DNA of 64,000 nt from Candidatus Woesearchaeota archaeon (GCA_038874655.1 JAVZBY010000002.1:42238-106237); one strand, 5' to 3'. Counted from the first letter of the stretch, positions 1-10,098 are shown. Numbers and translations are program-made. The notes: generated by a model not told the origin, from the letters alone.

Positions 1-143
1 TCACGCCATTCTTGACCAAAATCAAATAGTTTGTCATCTAATACTAAACCACAAGATTTACAAGTAACTTCTCCTTTTTCTTTGTTCCAGCTTAAATTTT
101 CATCCCCACATTCAGGGCATTTTTTATATTGCAAATTTATCAT
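1..143 (-). CDS. tfb: Transcription initiation factor IIB (TFB), N-terminal part; runs off window start
   Basis: Not in ORF track. Hand translation from ATG at 143: MINLQYKKCPECGDENLSWNKEKGEVTCKSCGLVLDDKLFDFGQEWR, i.e. TFIIB zinc ribbon plus B-reader EWR motif. GGAGG RBS upstream (cctcc at 151-155). Confidence 0.93.
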   Translation of the reverse strand, partial: MINLQYKKCPECGDENLSWNKEKGEVTCKSCGLVLDDKLFDFGQEWR

Positions 144-486
144 TTTAGTTCCTCCTAATAATTAAATTTTTTTTTGTGCATTCTTTTATCTATTTTAATA
201 CTTAGATAAACAACAACACCCCCGTTTTTTTCTAAGTGTAAAATGTAAAAAACAAGTTGTATTTAAATCTTTCGATTTTTCATTCTAAAACTTTTCAGTA
301 AATTTTAAAAAAATATCTAAAAATAATTAATAAGGAATTTTAATAATGAAATTCAAACTTTTTCAAAAAATCTTTAAAAAACTTTTTTCAAAAAATTCTT
401 ATTTATCTTAAATAGGTTAAAATATTTATAATTTATTAATTAATGTATTAATAACTTTTATATAATTACCTAAATTTCAAATTAAC

Positions 487-1578
487 ATGGATTCAAAAAC
501 AAGAAGGCATTTACTAAAATTTATTCATGATTTAGAAAAATATAGGGGCAGACATACAGAATTAGTTTCTGTTTATATTCCATCAGGTTATGATATAAAT
601 AAGATAATTCAACATTTATCACAAGAGCAAGGAACTGCTTCTAATATAAAAGATTCAACCACAAGAAAAAATGTTATTGATTCATTAGAAAGAATGATAC
701 AGCATTTAAAACTATTTAAACAAACTCCTCCAAATGGTTTAGCAGTTTTTGCAGGAAACATAGCAGAAAGAGAAGGTCAACAAGATATTGAAGTTTTTAG
801 TATTGAACCGCCAGAGCCATTAAATTTTAGATTATATAGATGTGATAAGCAATTTGTCTTAGATGCATTAAAAGAAATGGCTGAAAAAAAAGAAACATAT
901 GGTTTAGTTGTCATGGATAAAAGAGAAGGCAATGTTGCATTATTAGTTGGAAAAAAGATAATTCCTTTAACTAAAACAACTTCAATTGTGCCAGGAAAAA
1001 CAAGAGCTGGAGGTCAATCAGCTCATAGATTTGAACAACTTAGAGAAGGAGCTGCAAAAGAATTTTTTAATAAATTAGCTGAATATGTAAAAAATGATTT
1101 TTTAGGAAGAGAAGATCTTAAAGGCATTATTGTAGGCGGTCCAGGAATGACGAAATACGAATGGGCAGAAGGTAATTATTTAACTGATTTACTTAAAAGA
1201 AAAATTATTGCTATAAAAGATTTAAGTTACACAGGTGAATTTGGCTTACAAGAATTAGTTGATAAAAGTCAAGATGTTTTAGCACAAGAAGAAATAAGCA
1301 CAGAAAAAAAACTCATGCAAAGATTTTTTGAAAAATTAGCAAAAAACGCAAAAGAAGTTGCTTACGGAGAAATGCAAGTTAGAAAAGCATTAGAACAAGG
1401 TGCTGTGGAAGTTCTTTTGTTAAGTGAAGAATTAGATGATAAAACAATAGAAGAAATGGAAAAAATAGCAGAGCAATTTGGAACACAAGTTGAATTAATA
1501 AGCACTGAAACAAGAGAAGGTGTCCAATTAAGAGATATGGGTAAATTTGGCGCTATTTTAAGATATGAAGTGCATTAA
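487..1578 (+). CDS. prf1: Archaeal peptide chain release factor aRF1
   Basis: TASNIKD (NIKS-like), YRCDKQF (YxCxxxF), GGQS catalytic motif, C-terminal GAILRY. Confidence 0.97.
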   Translation: MDSKTRRHLLKFIHDLEKYRGRHTELVSVYIPSGYDINKIIQHLSQEQGTASNIKDSTTRKNVIDSLERMIQHLKLFKQTPPNGLAVFAGNIAEREGQQDIEVFSIEPPEPLNFRLYRCDKQFVLDALKEMAEKKETYGLVVMDKREGNVALLVGKKIIPLTKTTSIVPGKTRAGGQSAHRFEQLREGAAKEFFNKLAEYVKNDFLGREDLKGIIVGGPGMTKYEWAEGNYLTDLLKRKIIAIKDLSYTGEFGLQELVDKSQDVLAQEEISTEKKLMQRFFEKLAKNAKEVAYGEMQVRKALEQGAVEVLLLSEELDDKTIEEMEKIAEQFGTQVELISTETREGVQLRDMGKFGAILRYEVH

Positions 1579-1651
1579 AATTCTACTAAATTAAGATAAT
1601 ACTAACTTTTTTTGATTAAAATTTTTATATAAATTTTTATTTTAAAAAACT

Positions 1652-2404
1652 ATGCAAGTATTTGCAGTAATTCCTGCATATAATGAATCTCCAAATTACT
1701 ATCAACCTTCTTCTTTAGACTTAGTAATAGAATCTTTTGGCTATGCAAAAAACAAAGATTCCAGAATAAAATCTATTATAGTTGTCAATGATGGTAGCAC
1801 AGATTTTACAGCACAAAGATTAGCAAACTATAAACCTGAAATTGAAGTATTACATCATTCAAGAAATCTTGGAAAATTAGAAGCATTTCTTACAGCAGCA
1901 AGAAAAGTTTATAAAGAAATTTTAGAAGAACATAAAGATCCTTTAGAAACAATTATTTTAATTTCTGATGCAGATATTTACATAAAACCAGAAGATATAA
2001 AAAAAATAATTGATAAAATATCTCCACTTTCCATTGATATGGTTATATGCACTTATAAACAAGGAGAAGATATTTGTCCGCCAATTTTTTCAGGGTTAAG
2101 AGCTATCAGGTTTTCATCATTAATGCTTTGGTTGGATAAATCTCACAAAGATTATAATCTTTGGCAAACAATTTTAAAACCAAATTATTTTGATATTTCA
2201 GAAAAAAGACAAGCAACAATAGGTTATTCTTTAGAAACTTTTTTAGAAGGTTTAATTTTAATCTATGATTTAAATGTATCTATATTGGACTTAGATATAA
2301 ATTCAAGACCAAGAGGTTTAGGTCCTTGTAATTTAGATGAAATTAACTTAGGAATTGAATGGGCATCATCTTTGTTATATAATACTTTTTCTATAAGTAT
2401 TTAA
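1652..2404 (+). CDS. Glycosyltransferase family 2
   Basis: VIPAYNE, VVNDGSTD, NLGK and DAD (DxD) motifs. Confidence 0.85.
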   Translation: MQVFAVIPAYNESPNYYQPSSLDLVIESFGYAKNKDSRIKSIIVVNDGSTDFTAQRLANYKPEIEVLHHSRNLGKLEAFLTAARKVYKEILEEHKDPLETIILISDADIYIKPEDIKKIIDKISPLSIDMVICTYKQGEDICPPIFSGLRAIRFSSLMLWLDKSHKDYNLWQTILKPNYFDISEKRQATIGYSLETFLEGLILIYDLNVSILDLDINSRPRGLGPCNLDEINLGIEWASSLLYNTFSISI

Positions 2405-3292
2405 GAAGATAAATAAAATATTGTCAAAAAAAATTCCGATTACACTAGGCAAAGCAGTTTCTTTATTAAATAAAGATAATGACAAAATTATAGCATAACC
2501 TAGATTTTTATAATTTGCAAAAATAGCATAAACTAAATCTTTAGTAAAAAATAAAAAAACAAAGCTTAAAAAAAATGTTTTTATAATTAAAACATAAACT
2601 ATTTCTTTTAAATAAAAAATATTTACAATATTTTTAATGTTTAAACCAATAAAAGCATAAGTTGTTATAACAAATATTATGTTAATTATAATTTTATCAT
2701 ATTTTAGTATCATACCTTTTATAATTTTTTTATCTACCTTATCTAAAAAATTTGCTAGAACTAAAGGTAAAATAACCAATAGAAAAATAGTTTTCAAAAT
2801 AGGAATTACAGAAATTGTTTCTTTGAAAAAAAGCCATATTATTAATGGTGTCATAAACAATGAAACAAAATAATTAAAATAAAGTCCAAAGGTTGATAAT
2901 AAAACATCTTCTTTTAATAATTTTGTAAAGGTTATAACTATTATAGCACAAGGCACAGAAGCCATAATAATAAAACCATTTCTAAAATCAACATCTTTAA
3001 CAAAAAAAAATGCAGATAAAATAATAACAAAAGGCAAAAGAATATAGTTGATAAAAATTAATATGATTATTTTTTTCAGATTTCTTTTGAAATAAAAATT
3101 TTTTAAATCTTTTAATTTTATATTAACATTTTTTAAAGAAAATACCATCATAATAATTAATAAGAATGTTAAATATCTCTCTAAAAAAGAAGAATAGTAT
3201 GGAAAAGCAACACTTAAAAATAAACTTATAACTAATAAAAAAGAAGTATTTTCCATTAAATTTTTTAAATTATTTTTTAAAATACTAATCAT
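2375..3292 (-). CDS. Bile acid:sodium symporter (BASS/Acr3-like) membrane transporter
   Basis: About 9-10 hydrophobic helices; NYILLP, ASVPCA and YKNLG motifs typical of the family. Confidence 0.75.
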   Translation of the reverse strand: MISILKNNLKNLMENTSFLLVISLFLSVAFPYYSSFLERYLTFLLIIMMVFSLKNVNIKLKDLKNFYFKRNLKKIIILIFINYILLPFVIILSAFFFVKDVDFRNGFIIMASVPCAIIVITFTKLLKEDVLLSTFGLYFNYFVSLFMTPLIIWLFFKETISVIPILKTIFLLVILPLVLANFLDKVDKKIIKGMILKYDKIIINIIFVITTYAFIGLNIKNIVNIFYLKEIVYVLIIKTFFLSFVFLFFTKDLVYAIFANYKNLGYAIILSLSLFNKETALPSVIGIFFDNILFIFLNTYRKSII

Positions 3293-3350
3293 TTATAGTA
3301 GGTTTCATAAAAAGAATAACATTAAATAATTTTCTTATTTTATTATTTAT

Positions 3351-4112
3351 ATGGACTTAAAAGATTTCATAGAAACTAATTTTTCAGGATTAAAAAAAAT
3401 AGAAAACAACACAAAGCAAGATCAAACAAATCAAAACAAAAAAAATAAAGAAAAAAAAACAGATGAACTAATAAAAAAAGCTTTTCTAGATTTATATCCA
3501 AATAAAGAAATTAACTTTATAGCAACAATTACTTATTCAAGAGCTTTTAAAGGTTATAATGCAAAAGTAAAATACACAAAAAATTATATGGAATTTAGAT
3601 TAAGCTATAATTGGAAAAATATTTCAGATGAAATAAAAATAGGTTTAATTCAAACACTTTTTAATAAAATTTACAAGACAAATATAAAAACAATTAATAT
3701 TGAATTATACGAAATCTTTATAAAAAAAATCCCAAATTATTCAAAAAAAATTAAAACCGATCCAATTCTAGAAGAATCTTTTAATAGAGTTAATGAAGAA
3801 TATTTTAATGGCTTATTAGAAAAACCAAACTTAGAATTTGGAGGAAAAAACTTTCATACATTAGGCACATATGACCATGGCACAGACACAATAAGAATTT
3901 CAGAAATATTGAAAAAAGATCTAACTTTACTAGACTATGTTATGTATCATGAAATGTTACATAAAAAATTAAGATACAAAAGCACAGGTAAAAGAAATTT
4001 ACATCATTCAAAAGAATTTAAAGAGTTAGAAAAAAAATTCAAAGTCAAAGACATTGAAGAGAAACTAAAAAACTTTTTGAAAAAAGAAAAGTTAATTAAC
4101 TGGATAGGATAA
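3351..4112 (+). CDS. SprT/YgjP(DUF45)-like zinc metallopeptidase
   Basis: FNRVNEEYF, LGTY, LDYVMYHEMLH (HExxH) and HSKEF third-ligand motif. Confidence 0.8.
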   Translation: MDLKDFIETNFSGLKKIENNTKQDQTNQNKKNKEKKTDELIKKAFLDLYPNKEINFIATITYSRAFKGYNAKVKYTKNYMEFRLSYNWKNISDEIKIGLIQTLFNKIYKTNIKTINIELYEIFIKKIPNYSKKIKTDPILEESFNRVNEEYFNGLLEKPNLEFGGKNFHTLGTYDHGTDTIRISEILKKDLTLLDYVMYHEMLHKKLRYKSTGKRNLHHSKEFKELEKKFKVKDIEEKLKNFLKKEKLINWIG

Positions 4113-4165
4113 AAATTTAAATTTTAATAAATAATAATCTTATTACTAAAAGAATAAATAAAAAA

Positions 4166-4792
4166 ATGAAACTAATAAATAAGGGAGCAGAAGCAGAAAT
4201 CTATTTACAAATAGATAAAAAAACAAATGAAAAAAAAATAATTAAAAAAAGAATTCAAAAAAATTACAGAATTAAAGAAATAGATTTAACTCTAAGAAAA
4301 TTCAGAACAAAAAGAGAAGCTAAAATTTTAGAAAAATTAAAAATAAATCATCCTAAATTAATTAATCTAAAAGATAATGAAACAACAATTGAAATGGAAT
4401 TTATTGAAGGAAAAAAAATAAAAGATATTTTTGAGAAAAATAAAATTTTTACAAATGAATTATCAAAGGAAATAGGGAAATTAATTGCAGAAATGCATAA
4501 TCAAAATATAATTCATGGTGATTTAACAACATCAAACATGATATATAATGAAAAAGAAAAAAAAATCTATTTTATTGATTTTGGTTTAAGTTTTTTCTCT
4601 GAGAAAATAGAAGACAAAGCAGTTGATTTACATTTACTAAAACAGGCATTAGAAAGCAAACATTCTAAAATTTATAATCATACTTTTAAATTAATCTTAG
4701 ATGAATATAAAAAAAAAGCAAATAAAGCAAATGAAATAATTAATAGGTTTAAAAAGGTTGAAATGCGAGGAAGAAATAAGGTGAAAATATAA
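4166..4792 (+). CDS. bud32: KEOPS complex kinase/ATPase Bud32
   Basis: GAEAEIY, RTKREAKIL, HGDLTTSN, IDFGL, EDKAVDL and C-terminal RGR. Confidence 0.95.
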   Translation: MKLINKGAEAEIYLQIDKKTNEKKIIKKRIQKNYRIKEIDLTLRKFRTKREAKILEKLKINHPKLINLKDNETTIEMEFIEGKKIKDIFEKNKIFTNELSKEIGKLIAEMHNQNIIHGDLTTSNMIYNEKEKKIYFIDFGLSFFSEKIEDKAVDLHLLKQALESKHSKIYNHTFKLILDEYKKKANKANEIINRFKKVEMRGRNKVKI

Positions 4793-4855
4793 ATTAATTA
4801 TGCAAATTAGTTAGTTTCAGTATTTTTTAAGCATTTTTTCTTAAATATCTATTTC

Positions 4856-5317
4856 TTAACTATCTAACTTAGTTCTTTCTTCATGTGTCAATAAACCATT
4901 ATCAGAATATAAATGTTGTTGTAATTCTTGAAATAGTAATGCACCATTATTTAATTCTTGACGAATTTTGTTTAAATTTTCGTTTATATCTAAATTTTTG
5001 TTAATTTTTTCTTCAATTATCTTTAAATTAGAAACCAATTTTGGAAATAAATTGATCCATAGGTTTTTTATTATTTTATATATCATTTCATTTTCAAGTT
5101 TTTTATAATCTCTTAATGCAGAAACAACTTTATCAAAATTAGCCCAGAATATTGAATTAAACTCTTTAATGTAAAATGATAATTTCTTTTTATCTAAATA
5201 ATCATTATTATCAGAATAATACAACTCTACAAAAAGAAATATTTTAGTATAACTATTTTTTATATTTTTAACATAAACTTTTTCAATAAATTTTTTCAAT
5301 TCATTATTCATATTCAA
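4856..5317 (-). CDS. Hypothetical helical protein
   Basis: 153-aa ORF overlapping the upstream gene end; no recognised motif. Confidence 0.55.
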   Translation of the reverse strand: MNMNNELKKFIEKVYVKNIKNSYTKIFLFVELYYSDNNDYLDKKKLSFYIKEFNSIFWANFDKVVSALRDYKKLENEMIYKIIKNLWINLFPKLVSNLKIIEEKINKNLDINENLNKIRQELNNGALLFQELQQHLYSDNGLLTHEERTKLDS

Positions 5318-5651
5318 TATCTAACTCGCTTTGATAATCTAAAACATCGCCACCATCAACTTTAACAGCACTTTGTTTGTTTTTCTTATATTTAATTGTT
5401 TGCTTATTTTTTTCTTTTATTAAACCCATAGCTAATTCATCTGCTTGCATTGCTGTTATTTTTTTTAAATCATCAAAACATTTTATATCAAATGCTCTTA
5501 ATGCTTTTCTTAAAAGAGCATCTTCACTTTCACCAACTTCCTTAAAAACAGTATGTTTAGCAATACATTTATGACAAACATTATCTTTTCCAATAAAATA
5601 AAGAAACATAAATTCTTTTTTACATATATCACATTTCATATTTAAGCACAA
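5304..5651 (-). CDS. Hypothetical protein with N-terminal zinc finger
   Basis: CDIC-x16-CHKC motif; true start is probably the second Met (MKCDIC). Confidence 0.6.
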   Translation of the reverse strand: MCLNMKCDICKKEFMFLYFIGKDNVCHKCIAKHTVFKEVGESEDALLRKALRAFDIKCFDDLKKITAMQADELAMGLIKEKNKQTIKYKKNKQSAVKVDGGDVLDYQSELDIEYE

Positions 5652-5713
5652 TTCAGAAATTATTTAAATACTTTTTGCTAAAACTTAAAACATAAAAAAA
5701 GAAAATTTTTACA

Positions 5714-5953
5714 TTACATGTAAGATAATGCTTTTTCCATAATAGGCATAATTTTTTCAGTTTCTTCTTTTGTTAATCTGCCTAATTTTGTAAATTTCCA
5801 CTCATTATTTTCATTATTCTCTCTGGAAATTTGTAATTTAGGACTTGCATTATTATATGAGTAAACACTAACACTAATTCTAGAATTTCCTATTTCAAAA
5901 CTTTCAGAAAACAGAACTTTATCTAAACTGCTATCATAAGCCATTTTTTTCAC
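5714..5953 (-). CDS. Small PC4/YdbC-like putative ssDNA-binding protein
   Basis: Beta-strand pattern RISVSVYSYN-PKLQISR-EWKFTKLGRLTKEE resembles the PC4 fold. GGTG RBS suggests start at ATG 5944. Confidence 0.55.
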   Translation of the reverse strand: MKKMAYDSSLDKVLFSESFEIGNSRISVSVYSYNNASPKLQISRENNENNEWKFTKLGRLTKEETEKIMPIMEKALSYM

Positions 5954-6015
5954 CTTTTATTTTTCACCTTTTCTTTCTTTTTTTTATTACTTTAATTAAA
6001 TTTTACCTTAAAATT

Positions 6016-6267
6016 TTATTTGTATTTTATTTTTAAAACCCAAATCAAACCAACAATTATTCCTGAAACAAGATTTGCAAGTATCAAAGCCAAATCTTTT
6101 TTTAATATTCCATAAACAAGCCACAATAAAACACCTATAAACATCATTGTATACATCTCTAATGATAAATCTTTTGTGTGTTTAGTTTTCAAAATTTTTA
6201 ATAATTGAGGCAAACCTGCAAAAGAGGTTAAAGAAGCTGCAATCAATCCAATAATAACATTATCCAT
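6016..6267 (-). CDS. SemiSWEET sugar transporter (PQ-loop)
   Basis: 83 aa, 3 TM; LPQLLK, TKDLS, LWLVYG and ILAN motifs. Confidence 0.92.
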   Translation of the reverse strand: MDNVIIGLIAASLTSFAGLPQLLKILKTKHTKDLSLEMYTMMFIGVLLWLVYGILKKDLALILANLVSGIIVGLIWVLKIKYK

Positions 6268-6378
6268 TTTTCTTAGATTTTTTAATTGTTTTAAATATTT
6301 AACTATTTACTTTTTATTATCAAAATAACAAAAAATAAAATAAAATGTTTTAAATATAACTTTTATTTTTTTTATCAC

Positions 6379-7059
6379 ATGTCAAACATAAGTAATATAG
6401 TTAGAAGGTTAATTCAATCAAAACCTTTAATTTATGAAGGAATGATTGAAGGTGTAATAAGCCATACAGCATTAGCAGAAAATTTATTACCAGAAATTGA
6501 AAAAGAACTTGGAAAAGAAGTCCATTTGCCAGCAATAATAATGGCAATTAGAAGATATAATGAATCCTTATTTGAATCAGAAAAAATCAAAATCCCAGAT
6601 TTTAAATTCAACTCAGAAATAATAATGAAATCAGGATTAGCAGATATAACCTTGGTAAAAAGTCCAACTGCAATAGAGAAAATAAAGAAACTATATTCAT
6701 TTGTTAATTTTGATAGAGGAGACACCTTAAATATAATCCATGGGAATTATGAAATAACAATAGTTATTAGTGAAAAACACTTGCAAAAAACAAAAGAATT
6801 ACTCAAAGATGAAAAAATCTTAAACATTGAAAAAAACTTAGTTTCATTAAGCGTAAGCTTTTCTAGTGATTTTTTACATACTCCAGGAATAATTTCAAAA
6901 GTAATTAGAAAATTAGCTTGGGAAAACATAAATATCTATGAAAACATTTCAACAATGACAGAATTGATCTTTATAATTCATAGTAAAGATTCTGTTAGAG
7001 CATATAAAGCATTAGAAATTTTAATTGAAGAAAGCAATCATGAAAAAACAAAAAAATAA
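6379..7059 (+). CDS. ACT-domain regulatory protein (aspartokinase-type ACT, N-terminal helical/HTH-like region)
   Basis: TPGIISKVIRKLAWENINIYENISTMTELIFII is an ACT signature; no kinase domain. Confidence 0.8.
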   Translation: MSNISNIVRRLIQSKPLIYEGMIEGVISHTALAENLLPEIEKELGKEVHLPAIIMAIRRYNESLFESEKIKIPDFKFNSEIIMKSGLADITLVKSPTAIEKIKKLYSFVNFDRGDTLNIIHGNYEITIVISEKHLQKTKELLKDEKILNIEKNLVSLSVSFSSDFLHTPGIISKVIRKLAWENINIYENISTMTELIFIIHSKDSVRAYKALEILIEESNHEKTKK

Positions 7060-7663
7060 CTTTACTAAAATTTCTAATTTTTTTATAAATTTAAGTTGGT
7101 TAGACCTAATATTTTTAATTTTTTATTTTTCAATAATCTTCTTCTTTTTACATCTAATCTTTTCAAATTTTGAACAACCTTCTTTTAATCTATTTTTTTT
7201 ATTATATCTCTTTATCTTTTTATTATCACTAATCTTATTAACTATAATTTTTTTACCAATAATAAATTCTCTCATTGCTACAATTTTAAAAAACATCTCT
7301 TATACATTAGAAATAAAAAATAATTTTTTAATGGATAGCATAATTGATAAACTTACTGATTTTACCCTCTATCAAGAGGGAATAAAAATAAAAAAAAAAT
7401 TCTTAACTTGGAGTGAAATAAAAAGCATTAGTTTTCAAACAGGAAGACACATAGCAGATTATAATTTTTACAAAGGTTTTAAACTACCTGTTTTTCAAAG
7501 AATATACATATTGGATTATGATGCTCAGGAGTATTCAACTATTATTGATACGGATTATTTTTTGAAAAATAAACGCTCACAAAACAATTTACTAATATTA
7601 AGAAAACATCTAATTGATATGAATAAATCTAAATTAATAAGTGATTGGGCAGAAAAAAGATAA
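7025..7663 (+). CDS. Hypothetical membrane protein (2 TM + PH-like soluble domain)
   Basis: Two hydrophobic helices then EGIKIKKKFLTWSEIKSISF; likely start is ATG 7040. Confidence 0.6.
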   Translation: MKKAIMKKQKNNFTKISNFFINLSWLDLIFLIFYFSIIFFFLHLIFSNFEQPSFNLFFLLYLFIFLLSLILLTIIFLPIINSLIATILKNISYTLEIKNNFLMDSIIDKLTDFTLYQEGIKIKKKFLTWSEIKSISFQTGRHIADYNFYKGFKLPVFQRIYILDYDAQEYSTIIDTDYFLKNKRSQNNLLILRKHLIDMNKSKLISDWAEKR

Positions 7664-7677
7664 AAAAGTTTCTAAGT

Positions 7678-8058
7678 TTAAGAAACAATCAACTTTACAT
7701 ATTCAGTCTTTTTGCATGTTTCTAATTTATTTACAAATAATTTTATTTTCTCACTATCACCATTTAAAACAAAAATTTGCAAGCAATTATGGCTTTCTAA
7801 ATGATTGTGTATTTGTGTTTTTATTATATCATTGAATAAATGCCTTATTTTAGAAATTTCGTCATTATCTTCTTCTTTATTAACTACAATCAAAACACCT
7901 TCAATAAAACCTTTTAATTTTTCTTTTTGTTTTTCTTCATTTATCAATAATCTTAAACCAGCTCTTATTACTTCACTTCTTCCATTATAGCCTTGTTCTT
8001 TTGCAATTCTATCAATATCTTCTATATTTTTTTCATTTAAAGAAATACTTACTATCAT
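7678..8058 (-). CDS. nikR: NikR-family metal-responsive RHH regulator
   Basis: IVSISL...RSEVIR RHH domain; metal ligands H...HNH...C (RHLF, QIHNHL, HNCLQ). Confidence 0.88.
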   Translation of the reverse strand: MIVSISLNEKNIEDIDRIAKEQGYNGRSEVIRAGLRLLINEEKQKEKLKGFIEGVLIVVNKEEDNDEISKIRHLFNDIIKTQIHNHLESHNCLQIFVLNGDSEKIKLFVNKLETCKKTEYVKLIVS

Positions 8059-8069
8059 AAAAAAAATGA

Positions 8070-8109
8070 TTAATAATTTATTTATAAATTTTTCTATAAA
8101 AATTATTAA
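8070..8109. promoter_or_regulatory. Candidate NikR-type operator (10-bp inverted repeat, 20-bp spacer)
   Basis: TTAATAATTT (8070-8079) and AAATTATTAA (8100-8109) lie between the divergent nikR and ZIP genes. AT-rich background lowers significance. Confidence 0.35.
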
Positions 8110-8146
8110 GAAAAAATTTAAATATTAATAATTATTTCTTTTTATT

Positions 8147-8902
8147 ATGACAACTTATCAGATATGGCTTTACACTTTAACTAGTGTTTTCATAGTAAGT
8201 TTAATTGCATTTATAGGAATTTTTACATTAGCATTAAAAAATAAAGTTTTACAAAAAATTCTTTTATTATTAGTCAGTTTTGCAACAGGCGCTTTATTAG
8301 GAGATGTTTTTATTCACTTGCTACCTGAATTAATTGAAGAACAGGGATTAACCTTAAAAAATTCTCTGTTTATATTACTTGGAATTTTCTTATTTTTTAT
8401 TTTAGAAAAATTTTTATGCTGGCGTCATTGTCATATCCCAACTTCAAAAGAGCATCCACATCCTTTAGGTTTTATGAACTTAATAGGTGATGCTTTTCAT
8501 AATTTCTTGGATGGTATGATAATAGCTGGAAGTTATTTAGTAAATATACAAGTAGGGATTGCAACAACAATAGCAGTTTTATTGCATGAGATTCCACAAG
8601 AAATTAGTGAATTAGGTGTCTTATTACATGCAGGTTTATCTAAAACAAAAGCACTTCTTTATAATTTTTTATCAGCTTTAACAAGTTTTCTAGGAGCAAT
8701 TTTAGTTTTAATCCTTGGTGAAAAAATAGATTTTTTAATTAGCTTAATAGTTCCTATAACTATAGGCGGTTTCTTATATATTGCTTCATCAGATTTAATT
8801 CCAGAATTACATAAAGAAACAGAACCAAAAAAATCCTTATTGCAAATGATATTTATGATACTAGGTATAAGTATTATGCTATCACTTTTACTATTAGAAT
8901 AA
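8147..8902 (+). CDS. ZIP (ZupT) family metal transporter
   Basis: HLLPE, His-rich loop WRHCH..EHPH, HNFLDG and HEIPQE motifs. Confidence 0.95.
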   Translation: MTTYQIWLYTLTSVFIVSLIAFIGIFTLALKNKVLQKILLLLVSFATGALLGDVFIHLLPELIEEQGLTLKNSLFILLGIFLFFILEKFLCWRHCHIPTSKEHPHPLGFMNLIGDAFHNFLDGMIIAGSYLVNIQVGIATTIAVLLHEIPQEISELGVLLHAGLSKTKALLYNFLSALTSFLGAILVLILGEKIDFLISLIVPITIGGFLYIASSDLIPELHKETEPKKSLLQMIFMILGISIMLSLLLLE

Positions 8903-8933
8903 TTACTTTAAAAAATTTATATTTTTAAAAAAT

Positions 8934-9479
8934 TTATCTAATCTTTAATTTATATGCAATCTTAACCATAAAATAGTGTAATAAACCACTTAAAAAAACA
9001 ATTCCAAAAAAATAATACAAATTAAAATTAATAAAATTTGTATGAAAAACAATTAAAACAAAAAACAAACTTCCTATAACATAATCTAAATTATCAAATG
9101 GAATCCAATCTTTGCCTTCTTTAATTTTTAATCTTCGTTTAAAAAAACTTTTTATTAAATCACCAAACAAAGAACCAAAACCCATTAAAAAACCAAATAA
9201 AAAGATGTTTATTCTATCATAAAAAATAATGCTTATTGCTCTTATTAAAAAATTATTAATATACAATTTATATTGAAAATAAGCAACTAAAATTGAAAAT
9301 AAAATACCAACAAAAAAACCTCTATATGTTTTATTTTTTCCAAAAAGTTTTTCATTCAGAGGAAAATTTAAAAAATTAATTTTTCTAACAAAAACAGGAA
9401 CAATAACAGAAACATAACTAGGAACCATAAACCAAATACATTCAATTATGAATTCTAAAATGTCTCCAAATAAAATCAT
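8934..9479 (-). CDS. carS: CDP-archaeol synthase
   Basis: FGKNKTYRG, GDLIKSFFKRRL and DNLDY motifs; about 5 TM. Confidence 0.88.
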   Translation of the reverse strand: MILFGDILEFIIECIWFMVPSYVSVIVPVFVRKINFLNFPLNEKLFGKNKTYRGFFVGILFSILVAYFQYKLYINNFLIRAISIIFYDRINIFLFGFLMGFGSLFGDLIKSFFKRRLKIKEGKDWIPFDNLDYVIGSLFFVLIVFHTNFINFNLYYFFGIVFLSGLLHYFMVKIAYKLKIR

Positions 9480-9562
9480 AAAATAAAAAAAGAAAGGAAC
9501 ATTATAAATATTGTTTTTTTATCAACTTTATATCAATTAAATCTATTTTATTTACATCTATT

Positions 9563-10003
9563 TTACTTTTTCAAATCACTACCACAAAAAGCGCACTTAA
9601 CAGCTTTTATTGGAATTTGTGATAAACAATAAGGGCATTCTTTTGTTTTTGGCTCTTCTTTTTTAGTTTCCTTTTCTTGTTTTTTCTTTAATGAGTTCAT
9701 TCCTTTAACAACCATAAATATTGCAAATGCCACAATCAAAAAATCAATTACTACATTAATAAAAGCACCATATCTAATAGCTACTTCAGCTGTTGTCTCA
9801 CTTGCAGGTTTTAAAACAAAACTTAATTCCTTAAAATCAACTCCACCAACCAATAAACCAATTGGAGGCATTATAATATCATTAACTAAACTAGAAATTA
9901 TTTTTCCAAAAGCACCCCCAATAATAATACCAATTGCCATGTCAACAACATTTCCACGCATGGCAAATTCTTTAAATTCTTTTAATAAAGCTATTTTAAC
10001 CAC
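9563..10003 (-). CDS. mscL: Large-conductance mechanosensitive channel with C-terminal zinc ribbon
   Basis: [44 protein letters not shown], then CPYC..CAFC tail. Confidence 0.96.
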   Translation of the reverse strand: MVKIALLKEFKEFAMRGNVVDMAIGIIIGGAFGKIISSLVNDIIMPPIGLLVGGVDFKELSFVLKPASETTAEVAIRYGAFINVVIDFLIVAFAIFMVVKGMNSLKKKQEKETKKEEPKTKECPYCLSQIPIKAVKCAFCGSDLKK

Positions 10004-10098
10004 CCCCCACTTATTATAGAATCTTTTTTATTATATAAATTTTAGGAAAATTAATTGTAAAAACATTATAATTAAAAAAAACCTTAAATTTCTAATAT

